From an uncultured bacterium (lineage in GTDB: Bacteria > Patescibacteriota > JACMRA01): a stretch of 64,000 bases of DNA. Location: assembly GCA_963704645.1 (NCBI GenBank), contig OY969926.1:1088001-1152000 (forward strand). Direction: 5' to 3'. The translations under genes were made by a program, and so were the position numbers. Positions 30,368-40,200 of this stretch are shown here, piece by piece. Under the pieces are notes generated by a model that did not search any database, was not told the DNA's origin, and saw only the letters and a program-made list of their open reading frames with translations. Numbering within the stretch: the first letter of the stretch is position 1; every line of letters begins with the position of its first letter.

Positions 30368-31981
30368 TTAACACACTGTTCCATACTGAACTGAGATTGT
30401 AATAGTAACAGGAACACTAGCCAGTCCATTGTTATCCACGGCGGTTAGTTCTATTACATAGTTTGTATTGCTTCCACAGGTTCCTGGTGTAGTTAATTTC
30501 TTGGTTACGGAATTTCCCTTAGCAAATTCAACTCCATTAATTTTCCAAATCAAATTGTTGGTGCCTAAGTTGCCATCCTCAGGGTCTGTTCCTAGTCCGT
30601 TAAAAGTAACTGTAGCATAAGGGTCGCCTACTGCGTTAGTGGAGAATGGATAGCTGGCAGCAAAAATACTTCCGTTGCTTGGAGTACTAATAGTAGCCAC
30701 GGGGGATTGGTTTATGGGTTTAAGTGGAGCAGGAGTATTGGGTGTAATGTTTACAATTGTTTTAGGAACAGTTGGGTTTGCTTTCACCAAAATGGGCTGT
30801 TCTATTTTAAAAGAAATACTTCCAGCTACTTTATAACTTCCATCCCTAGCCTCAACTGCCAAATTATAGTCTCCAGCTTCTAGGTTTTCTAATAAAACAG
30901 TTTCTCCAACTGGTTTGTCTAGATTGTTCAATTTCCAGTTTATATTGGCAGATGGAAAAGGGCCTTTTCTGCATGGATTATAAGTAATTGCTTTTGCAGA
31001 AACGGAAGATTTGTTAGGTAGAGTTTTACCAGTACTACCACTTTGTATTTCTAGTGTAGCTCCTACGGCGCCGTCTCTATTTTTTTCTTCCAACAAAGTT
31101 AAGCAGTTTTCTTTTAAAGTGGGTAATTTGTTTTCACTATCAATTGTAGCTAAATCTGTAGATTCTTTGAATTTTAATATATCCGAAAGACTGAGTCTTT
31201 TTTTCCATAAATTATCTATAAAGCTATTTCTTGAATACCACCTACCCTGCTCAGACACTGGCCTTAAATTACCTTTTCTTACAATTCCACCAGCTTCTTT
31301 GGAACCAACTTCCACAAAATTACTTGGGGACAGTTCTGTTGTACTGTTGTCTAGTTTGGAAGTTACATCAACCTTACTCTCAATCAAATAAATTCCTGAA
31401 AGCTCTTCTGGTTTTTCAGAAAGTTCTACTCCAAAAATTGTTCCACGAACTGTAGCCAAAGTGGTTGACGTTTCTACTATATATTTGCCACTGCTAACTT
31501 TTTCTACTCTGTGCCAAGTTGAACCAATTAGCTGATTAAATTTACTTCCAGAATCTGTAATTTCTACTTTTATCTCTGTTTCTTTATCTAAGGAAATTAA
31601 TGAATTATCCGGCATTAAAACATGTGCCAAAGAATTTAGTCCAGTTTTTATAGTACTTCCAGAAGGAACTTGAACTTCTTCCGCATCAATATTACTATAA
31701 GTTTGATCATCTCTAACTTTAAAACTTGCTTCACCTTTTTCTTTAATTACGGTTATTAGCTGGCTTGTTTTTTCTATAGAGTTAGTGTTTTTTGGCCAGA
31801 AAGCCCAAATTAAAAACACAATGCTAAGCAATAATAATATAGCAATAATAATTTGATTAAATCTTTTTTGCCACCATTTTTGAGATTTGGATTTTAGTTC
31901 TGCAGAATTTGGATCAGACAAATTTATATCTGAATTTTCATAGGGGTTTGAGTTTTCAGAAGATTGAGTCTCAGCTTTCAT
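30368..31981 (-). CDS. FecR-domain membrane protein with C-terminal Ig/PKD-like domains
   Basis: TM, IKTG..S.A, ATVRGTIF; C-terminal NQSPVATI...DPEDG...LTAVDNNG. Confidence 0.75.
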   Translation of the reverse strand: MKAETQSSENSNPYENSDINLSDPNSAELKSKSQKWWQKRFNQIIIAILLLLSIVFLIWAFWPKNTNSIEKTSQLITVIKEKGEASFKVRDDQTYSNIDAEEVQVPSGSTIKTGLNSLAHVLMPDNSLISLDKETEIKVEITDSGSKFNQLIGSTWHRVEKVSSGKYIVETSTTLATVRGTIFGVELSEKPEELSGIYLIESKVDVTSKLDNSTTELSPSNFVEVGSKEAGGIVRKGNLRPVSEQGRWYSRNSFIDNLWKKRLSLSDILKFKESTDLATIDSENKLPTLKENCLTLLEEKNRDGAVGATLEIQSGSTGKTLPNKSSVSAKAITYNPCRKGPFPSANINWKLNNLDKPVGETVLLENLEAGDYNLAVEARDGSYKVAGSISFKIEQPILVKANPTVPKTIVNITPNTPAPLKPINQSPVATISTPSNGSIFAASYPFSTNAVGDPYATVTFNGLGTDPEDGNLGTNNLIWKINGVEFAKGNSVTKKLTTPGTCGSNTNYVIELTAVDNNGLASVPVTITISVQYGTVC

Positions 31982-32087
31982 AGTATGGATGTAATTTATG
32001 TGTTAGCAATTATGTCTATTTTGATGGTATTACCCAAGCTATTTGTCAATGTTTGACATTCACCCCAACTAAAGAGAACTTGATTGC

Positions 32088-32864
32088 ATGAACAAATACG
32101 TTTTAATTACAGGCGCCAGTACAGGAATTGGATATGAACTATCCAGAGTTGCCGCATCGAACAAATATAATTTAATTTTAGTTGCAAGAAACTTAAGCAA
32201 ATTGGAACAATTGAAGTTGGAAATAGAAAAAAAATTTGGCGTAAACGTTGAAATAATTTCGTCTGACCTATCTTTCAAACAATCTCCTAAAGAAATATAT
32301 AATTTGGTGAAAAGAAATAACTGGCCGGTTGAAATTTTAATTAACAATGCTGGGTTTGGAAGCAATGGCAGGTTTGACACACTAGATTTCCAAAACGAAA
32401 TGGACGAGTTGCAAGTAAATGTAGCCAGCTTAATGGAAATGTGTCATTTATTTATTCCAGACTTAATTAAAATGGGGAATGGTAAAATTATGAATGTTGG
32501 GTCTATAGCTGGCTTTGCACCTGGACCTTACATGGCTACTTACTATTCTACCAAGGCCTTTGTTAAAAGTTTTTCCATGGCATTAAATGAAGAATTAAAA
32601 GACGTTGGAGTTACTGTTTCAGTGCTTTGTCCTGGCGCTACCAAATCTGAATTTTTCAATAGAGCAAAATTTGCACAACATATGTCTTCTTCAAAAATGA
32701 TGATGAGTGCAGAAAAAGTTGCCCAAATTGGCTGGAAAGATATGATGAAAGGTAAAGCTATTACAATTTCAGGAATATCTAACCTAATAACAATTTCTTT
32801 GATTAAACATTTGCCAGAAACATTTTTGGCTAAAATAATGAAGACTTTTAATCAGTATAAGTAA
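32088..32864 (+). CDS. Short-chain dehydrogenase/reductase
   Basis: TGASTGIG, NNAG, YYSTK. Confidence 0.92.
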   Translation: MNKYVLITGASTGIGYELSRVAASNKYNLILVARNLSKLEQLKLEIEKKFGVNVEIISSDLSFKQSPKEIYNLVKRNNWPVEILINNAGFGSNGRFDTLDFQNEMDELQVNVASLMEMCHLFIPDLIKMGNGKIMNVGSIAGFAPGPYMATYYSTKAFVKSFSMALNEELKDVGVTVSVLCPGATKSEFFNRAKFAQHMSSSKMMMSAEKVAQIGWKDMMKGKAITISGISNLITISLIKHLPETFLAKIMKTFNQYK

Positions 32865-32868
32865 AATA

Positions 32869-34167
32869 CTATCCCTTAGTAATTAGAACTGAAATTCCAC
32901 CGACTACCAACACTACGGTAATAATAACTAAAACTACTCTCCAACCCTGATTTTCCACTTGGGGTATTTGGGAAGAGCTTTCATTTAGTTTAGGAGCAAA
33001 AATAACATCTATAGAATCTACTGCTTCTGGGGAAAGTTTGGTAAAATTCTTATTAACAAGCTGAACCTTAATAGTTTTTCTACCTTCAATTGTATCGCTT
33101 AATCCAATTTCGTTTAAGGTGAAGTCAGTTTTTGACCACAGAGTTTTCAATGGTTTGTTGTCTACATAAATTTGTAAATAGCCTTTCGTATCTTCGTTAT
33201 CATCTTTGGTAGCTTCAGTTAAAACAGTAAAATTATCTACCTGAACCAAAAACTTTTGATCTCCATCTACTGTTAAATTGGTTCTGTCTTTGCGAGGTTC
33301 AGTAATAGTTATTTTTGGCAAACCAACATCCAAACTTCCACTATAATTACTTCTTACTTGTAGAGAATTTCTATAATTTAAAACATTGCCGTTGGTTTGG
33401 GTTAGAACAAAAATTAAATTAGTGCTAAGTCCGTCTGGAATTCTACTAGATTCTAAATCACGAGTGTTGAATCTTACATAAATTTTCCCCTCAATGCTTT
33501 GAGAAACACTGAAAATACCTAGCCTGTTTTGATCTAAAATTTCGTTAACATAAACATTTAGCTTACCTCTGTTGGGCAATCTACTATCAGAATTTTCTAA
33601 CTCAAAATTGGTTAGCTGCAATGTAACATCTTTATCTGCCCCTCTTCCAATAACTGAATTTGGTGAGGGTTCTAGAACCTGTATTGATGGTAAATTACTT
33701 GAATTTTTAAACTTGAAAGTGAATAAAACTTTGGTAGGCTGAGCAGGAAAACGATTAGTTGAATCTATGTAAACAAATAGAATTTTATTACTACCTTCAG
33801 CCAATTTAGACCTTAAACTTAAAATAGGTAAGGGACTGGATCCAAATTCTGTAATTAGATTTGTGTCTTGGGAATCATCATTTAAATATATTTTTAAATA
33901 ACCCCCTCCCCTAGCTGGAGCATCTTTATATTTCAAATTCAAATCTGTTCCAGACCAGCCATATTTAATATCGTCGTCTAGGTTTAGCTCATTGTCGTAA
34001 GTATAACTGTTGTTTGCCTCTTTCCTTGTGTTTTCAGATTTCCCATCTTTAGTTACTTTACTAATAGCTAGATTAATAGGATTGGTAGCAGATTGGGCAA
34101 CAGCTGCCAGCGGCGTTCCAATTAAAATTGAACATAAAAAAACTATAAGCAAACCCTTGTAAGGCAT
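32869..34167 (-). CDS. Hypothetical secreted protein with C-terminal TM anchor and repeated Ig-like units
   Basis: Signal peptide; repeated P.I.I.EP and G.L.IY segments; C-terminal TM. Confidence 0.6.
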   Translation of the reverse strand: MPYKGLLIVFLCSILIGTPLAAVAQSATNPINLAISKVTKDGKSENTRKEANNSYTYDNELNLDDDIKYGWSGTDLNLKYKDAPARGGGYLKIYLNDDSQDTNLITEFGSSPLPILSLRSKLAEGSNKILFVYIDSTNRFPAQPTKVLFTFKFKNSSNLPSIQVLEPSPNSVIGRGADKDVTLQLTNFELENSDSRLPNRGKLNVYVNEILDQNRLGIFSVSQSIEGKIYVRFNTRDLESSRIPDGLSTNLIFVLTQTNGNVLNYRNSLQVRSNYSGSLDVGLPKITITEPRKDRTNLTVDGDQKFLVQVDNFTVLTEATKDDNEDTKGYLQIYVDNKPLKTLWSKTDFTLNEIGLSDTIEGRKTIKVQLVNKNFTKLSPEAVDSIDVIFAPKLNESSSQIPQVENQGWRVVLVIITVVLVVGGISVLITKG

Positions 34168-34194
34168 ATTAAATAAACACTGATCTGGCCTAGA

Positions 34195-35160
34195 CTATTT
34201 GTCAACAGTTTGGTCAATCCAACCGTGAAGCAAACGCAAATTGCCCAATTCGTCTTTATAAATTGATGTTTGTGTATATAATTTTTGCAAAATTTCTTGA
34301 GCCTCTAAAATATTTCTTGGGTCTAATTCCAAAATTATTTCCGCTGGTTTTAAGCTAGAATTTTTACCAATCTGCTTAATTAGTTTTCGGAATAAATCCA
34401 ACCCATCTTCCCCAGAAAAAATAGCTTTTTTAGGCTCATGTTGAATTTTATTTTGCTCTGAAATTTCAATATCTTTAGTGGGAACATAAGGCAAGTTTGA
34501 AACCAAAATATATGGTTGGTTGGAAATTAAATTTTTAAGTAAAAAGTTTGAAAGTAGGTTTGATTGAAAGAATTTAACATTACTGATTTGATTGTCATGA
34601 GCGTTTTGCACGGCAATTTTTATAACATTTTTGGAATAATCCGTTAGTACAACTTCCGGGAACATTTTGGCCAAATATAAACCAATTAAACCAGAACCAC
34701 AGCCAACATCTAACAAAAGATTAATGTTTGAAGATTTAATATGCAAGTCCTCCAAGCTTAAAATTTTATTATTACTAACTAAGCTTTCAACGTTTTTTAA
34801 TGGAGGTAATTGATCTATAGATTTATTAGAGATACTCGATATTGGTTGCACTCTTTCATGTAAAGTATTTTTGGAAATTGCCTCTAACCATTCTACAGTT
34901 TCTGGGCGAGGAATTAAAATATTTTTATTTAGTTTTAGTTTCAAGTCTAAAATTTCCACATGTCCCAAAACATAGTCCAAAGGAAAACCCTGTCTGTATA
35001 ATTCAAGTTTAGAGTTTAGATCGGATAATATTTTCAGGCTACGAGCTTTTGGCGAAGAGCTATTTTTTTTATATTCAGCAAGCTTCAAAGCAACATCCTC
35101 TGCAGTACATTTTAGTACATAAGCAGCAATTTTTAGTTCGTTAATATTATTAATATACAT
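34195..35160 (-). CDS. prmC: Release factor glutamine methyltransferase (HemK)
   Basis: PLDYVLG, LIPRPET, DVGCGSG, SNLPY, EP..A..GEDGL; start taken at MYINN. Confidence 0.85.
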   Translation of the reverse strand: MYINNINELKIAAYVLKCTAEDVALKLAEYKKNSSSPKARSLKILSDLNSKLELYRQGFPLDYVLGHVEILDLKLKLNKNILIPRPETVEWLEAISKNTLHERVQPISSISNKSIDQLPPLKNVESLVSNNKILSLEDLHIKSSNINLLLDVGCGSGLIGLYLAKMFPEVVLTDYSKNVIKIAVQNAHDNQISNVKFFQSNLLSNFLLKNLISNQPYILVSNLPYVPTKDIEISEQNKIQHEPKKAIFSGEDGLDLFRKLIKQIGKNSSLKPAEIILELDPRNILEAQEILQKLYTQTSIYKDELGNLRLLHGWIDQTVDK

Positions 35161-35576
35161 GATCAGAAATAAGTAAAAAATTAAATTGGTTTTGATTGTT
35201 TTAGAAAATAATGATTCAGCGTTCTCAAGTTTATTACAATTCTCAGTTTTAGATTTTGAATGTAAACACCTGTGCATTAATCTTTTTTACAAAGTAAGAT
35301 TTAAATTTCTTTTCCGCAAGTTTAAATTCTAGGCCAATTACAATTTATAACATGAAAAACCTAGTGTACGGTGTGGATTCAGGTGTTTTCTTAGAGCCTA
35401 TTATGTTTCCACTTATCTCTATCCTAAGTGTGTGAAATAAGGAAAAAACATATTCAAAAGTTTTTAAAAAGTGCGCATTACCAAGCTATATCAGCCGTGT
35501 TTTGAACAGTAAGATTTAATCTTTGACAGATGCTTTTTTTCGTGCTATACCCGCTCAAATTAAAGTTTGTTACAAT

Positions 35577-37052
35577 ATGTTAAATTCTCAATTTGAATAC
35601 CTTAGATCACCTAATTCTATAACTATAGCAGCAGGACATGGCGGAAGAGACCCTGGAGCAGTTTTTGGTGGAGACGTTGAAGCTCAAGATACAATTTTTA
35701 TGACCAAACGTATTGCAGATAATTTAAGGAGATGGGGGGTGGAAGTGAACTTGGTTCCAGATGATTTAGATTTAGTTGGGGCAATAAATTATATAAATTC
35801 TAAGTTTCAATGGGGGCAAACTTGGGCATTGGAAATACACCGAGATTCAGCAGGTGGAATTTCTCAACAAACACCTAACACACGAACTGGTGTGTACGGA
35901 TTTGGACAATACACTGGGCAAGACGGAAAGTTTTACAATGAAGATGTAAGAAGTATGAGCATTGCCCGTTTCATGAGAGACAAAATGGTGCAATTAGGTG
36001 CTGAAGTTAGCTCTTGGGCTAGACCAGACAGTGTTGCTACTTATGGTAGACTGGGCTGGATTAGAGACACCAAACCAGCAGCGCATTTAATTGAACTTGG
36101 TTTTGTGCAAGGTTTATACACCCCAGAACATTTAACTTGGCTAGCAGATATAGCCAGCGTAGCAATTTACGAAGCCTTCACCGGAAAAACAGCTCCATCA
36201 GGAACAACAAATTCAAATAACAATTCCAACCCAACCCCCAATATGTCAGAAGCAGATAAAATTTCAGTAGCTATTTTAGGAAATTACCGTGACCTACCTT
36301 TAGACATTCCTTCTTTACAAAACTTGTGGACACAGCATTCAGACCAAGCATTAGATCAAATTTTAGCTTCCTTCAGAAAAAACTTAACCGAATTTAGAAT
36401 GGTGTCTTTGCAAAAAGATCAGTGGATTGCTGAACGTGACCAAAGCATAATTAGTTTACAAAACTCTAAGGGAACCGCTTCGCCACAGTTAGACCAAATT
36501 AGACAAGAACTTGCAATTTCCAATCAGCAAAGAGAAAATTATAGGTTGCAACTAGCTAATTTAGTTTCTAATTACGATCAACTTCAAACAGAATTGGCCA
36601 ATTTAAAAAGAGGCTCCGTTACTCCATTAAACGCTTCATTAACCACCAGCGGTTTTTCAAGAACCAGCCTTGCCAGCTTTAACGGAAACTCAACCAGCGG
36701 AGCAAATACTCCCCAACAAAATTTACAGGTACCAATTCAGAATATGAATCAGCCTGTGAATCAATCTGGCATTAATTCTAGTAATAAACCGTTTTGGCAA
36801 AGTAAAAAATTTGGGGCAAACTTATTGAACACAGTTTCTTCAATAGCATTAATTACCTGGCAAACAGCCCAAATAAAACCAGAAGACGATTGGGCAATTA
36901 TTGGCACAAAACTAGGAACAGCTTTAGCTGGGGTGTTGGGAATTTCCTTTGTATCAAATCAATACATTAGAGCCCAGGGCAAGGTGGACGAAGCCTCTTT
37001 TGCCGGAGTAGCAACCAATATTTTACAACAATTTCTAAAAGGAGGAAAGTAG
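35577..37052 (+). CDS. N-acetylmuramoyl-L-alanine amidase (Amidase_3) with coiled coil and holin-like C-terminal TMs
   Basis: AGHGGRDPGA, E, LEIHRD, LIELGF; coiled coil; KPFWQSKKF plus two hydrophobic helices. Confidence 0.8.
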   Translation: MLNSQFEYLRSPNSITIAAGHGGRDPGAVFGGDVEAQDTIFMTKRIADNLRRWGVEVNLVPDDLDLVGAINYINSKFQWGQTWALEIHRDSAGGISQQTPNTRTGVYGFGQYTGQDGKFYNEDVRSMSIARFMRDKMVQLGAEVSSWARPDSVATYGRLGWIRDTKPAAHLIELGFVQGLYTPEHLTWLADIASVAIYEAFTGKTAPSGTTNSNNNSNPTPNMSEADKISVAILGNYRDLPLDIPSLQNLWTQHSDQALDQILASFRKNLTEFRMVSLQKDQWIAERDQSIISLQNSKGTASPQLDQIRQELAISNQQRENYRLQLANLVSNYDQLQTELANLKRGSVTPLNASLTTSGFSRTSLASFNGNSTSGANTPQQNLQVPIQNMNQPVNQSGINSSNKPFWQSKKFGANLLNTVSSIALITWQTAQIKPEDDWAIIGTKLGTALAGVLGISFVSNQYIRAQGKVDEASFAGVATNILQQFLKGGK

Positions 37053-37297
37053 CAAATATATATAGCTACAAATCAAACTAAACAAAGGCTTTAAAGTATA
37101 AGCCAGTTAATTCGTTAAAGAAAATAACTTGTTAAGCCTACCTCAAGTATTTTTACATAAAACAAACAATAAGATACACTAGGGGCAGGACTAAAGGTTG
37201 GATAGAAGGAAGGAAAGTTTAATAATAAGCTAAGGCTTAATACAAGACTAATACTTTATAGAAACAACCATAATCAAAAAAAAATCAAAACAAAAAC

Positions 37298-40200
37298 ATG
37301 TCTAGTATAAACACTAAACCTAATTCTGGTATTGAATCTAAACCATTTCAAAAAAATACAAGTAATAAAAATATATTTAACTTTCTTAAAAAGAAACCAT
37401 CTAAAATATTACAATTTAGTTTTATTGCTCTAGTGTTGGGTATAATTAGTTTAGCAGCCTATTCAAGTTTAAATAATGGAAGAAATGTAGCTTTTGCAGC
37501 AAACGACCCAGTAATAAGCTTAGCCTTATCTCAAAAGTCTGGAACAGCTCCTTTTGACTCGGGAACTTGTACAACCGGTGGAACAAGCTACACACCAGGA
37601 CAAGATGTTTGTGATGCAGATAATGTTGTTAGAACTTTAGATACTGTGGAGTATACTTGGACGGTGTCTGTTACTAGCGACCCTGCAAATAATGTTACTG
37701 TGGTTCAGACATTGCCTTCACAGATGATTTGGAATTCAGCTACTCTTCCTGTATTTTGTAGAACAGGAGCAGGATTTAACCCCCAATCTAGCTACAGTGG
37801 CCAGACACTTACTTGTAATCTAGGGTCTTTTACAGCCGGAACTTCTACTACAACAAATTATGACCAGATATTTGCTAAGGTTAAAGGAGATAATCTTAAC
37901 TCTACAAATATATTGACAGCACCAATTACTGCCAATGCTGATTCTAATGTTACAGCCGGTACTAGGACAGCTAACTCAACTTCTAATACCTTAAGTCCAT
38001 TGGCAATTAGTGCATCACCTAGATATGATTTAGTAGTTTTTACAACCAACCCTTCTGAATATTCAATAAGAAATAATCCTCAAGGAGATGTAGGCATAGT
38101 TGTGTCTGGAGTTGCCTCAATTAAATTACAAGGAAAAGGTGTTGAAATGCCCCAACAACCGTTTAGTTTTAACTTGGGACTTGAATATCTAACACCTGTA
38201 TCATCTGGCCAAACTTATTCAGGCGCTAAACTATATGATTGGGACACAAATTTGCTTGGTTGCTCAGGGACAGTAAACACTGTAGGCGCAGCGGATTATC
38301 CATCAAAAAATTTAAACTGCACCCAAACCGCACCTGGCGACACTGTATCCCTAATAGTAAATAATCAAGACTTGTCTGGTACAAATGCACCTGCTACAAT
38401 TTTCGCCAATGTTGTAAACTTTCCTAACATAGACATATTTTCACAGAAAGTTCGTTTTTGGATACCCAAGACTGATTTTGATAAATTATCTGGAACAAAT
38501 TTTCAGTTTAGAGCTGTAGGATCAAATTTTAATCCAGTGAGTATTTCTGGTGGTTCAAATAATGGCACTGGAATAGAATCAAATACCTTGAACAACGTAG
38601 GGAGTGTTACAACTTTTGGATATAATCCAGCAAACCCTCTCTCTGGTGTATATCAGCTATCAGATTTTGGAGGCCCTTCAGGAGATCTTAGAATATCTTC
38701 TGGCTTTCAGGTTTACACACTAAATGAATTAGGTAGAATAAGTGTAACACTTCTCAGTGCTGGATTGTTTAACACAGAAAATGCTTTAGATTTATGTACA
38801 GCAATTGACCCAACAATAGGTAGAGTGGCCGGGGATGTAGCTCTTCCAGCAGACCCTCAAAACATATATGCAGATTTTTCTAATTCAATAATTGAGTATG
38901 CGAATGTGAATGGATTTCCAGCCACCTCTTGTGACGACATAGGAACAACATGGGTTACTTCCCCAAACATTTCAAGCATAGGAGGTTTTGATAATGTCAC
39001 TCGAGTAAGAATTAAAAATATAAACAGACTTTCTCCTGGTATTCAGACTATTTTAAATATACCTTTTAGGTTTAACAATTCAGTACCGAACTTAGATGTT
39101 TTAGTCAGTCCTTATCAAACAATAATTAAATCTGCTACTGCCACAGCTGGGAATTGGCAAATAGTCGGCCAAAGTAGAGAAAAAATAGTTGTTAAAATGA
39201 TACCAAGGGTAAATTTTTCTATTTTAAATGATACTCCAAACAACAATACAACTACAGTACTTTTGAACAATCCAGCTGGTGGTAGTAACACTGTAAAATA
39301 CTCTTTAAAATATGGTAGTTTTTCCCAAACTTCAAATACAACTGACACCACTAGTATTTCATACAGACTTAGACTTCCAAAAGGCCAAATTTATTTAGTA
39401 GGTTCAAGTAGGCAAGGAGTGCCTACAGTTATGGCAGCCGGGCAGCCCGCTGAGACAAGTAATTTATTTGAACCAAGTAGTATAATTACTAATCTAGATG
39501 GAACTCAAGATATTCAATGGGACATATCTAATCTGCCTCTAAATAATCCTCAAAGTACTTATCCGAACTTGACTTTTAAAACTGTTGTTTCAGCTTTTAC
39601 ACCAAATGGCTCCATATTAAGTAATTCTGTAACTACTTTGAGTCCAGATTATTTCAATTCCACTGTAAGCCCTGCTTGTGGATCAGGCTGTTCATTACCC
39701 CAATCCACAATAACCGTCCAAAACCTATCCTCCTTCGCGGTAGAACAAGTTCCAAATAATCCACTGATTGAAAAGAATAAAGATCTTGGTTTCACACTTC
39801 GTTATGGTAATTTGGATACACTTAACCCTGTAGCTTCCTCAACGCATATTAATGTATTTCCTTTTAGCGCTCAAACACCACCACGCTCTCCTGCCACCTC
39901 CTTTACAGGTAATCTTGTTTTCAAAGGTTTAGTTGTAGCTCCAAATAGTGCTAGTTCAGACCCTGCTGTGGTTAATACTAATGACAACATAACAGGTGGT
40001 GCTGGTACTGTTCAATATACTAAAGCAGTAAGTAGTAGTAGTATAGCTTCTGATCCATGTGATGTTAGTAACAATCCTGCTGGCTCGCCCGTAAACACTA
40101 ATCCAAGATGTGCTGGTGTAGATGGTTCTGTAATTGGCACAGGAAGCACTATCTGGTGTGATGCTTCTCTAGATCCTGCTACTCCTAGTATTAAAAACTA

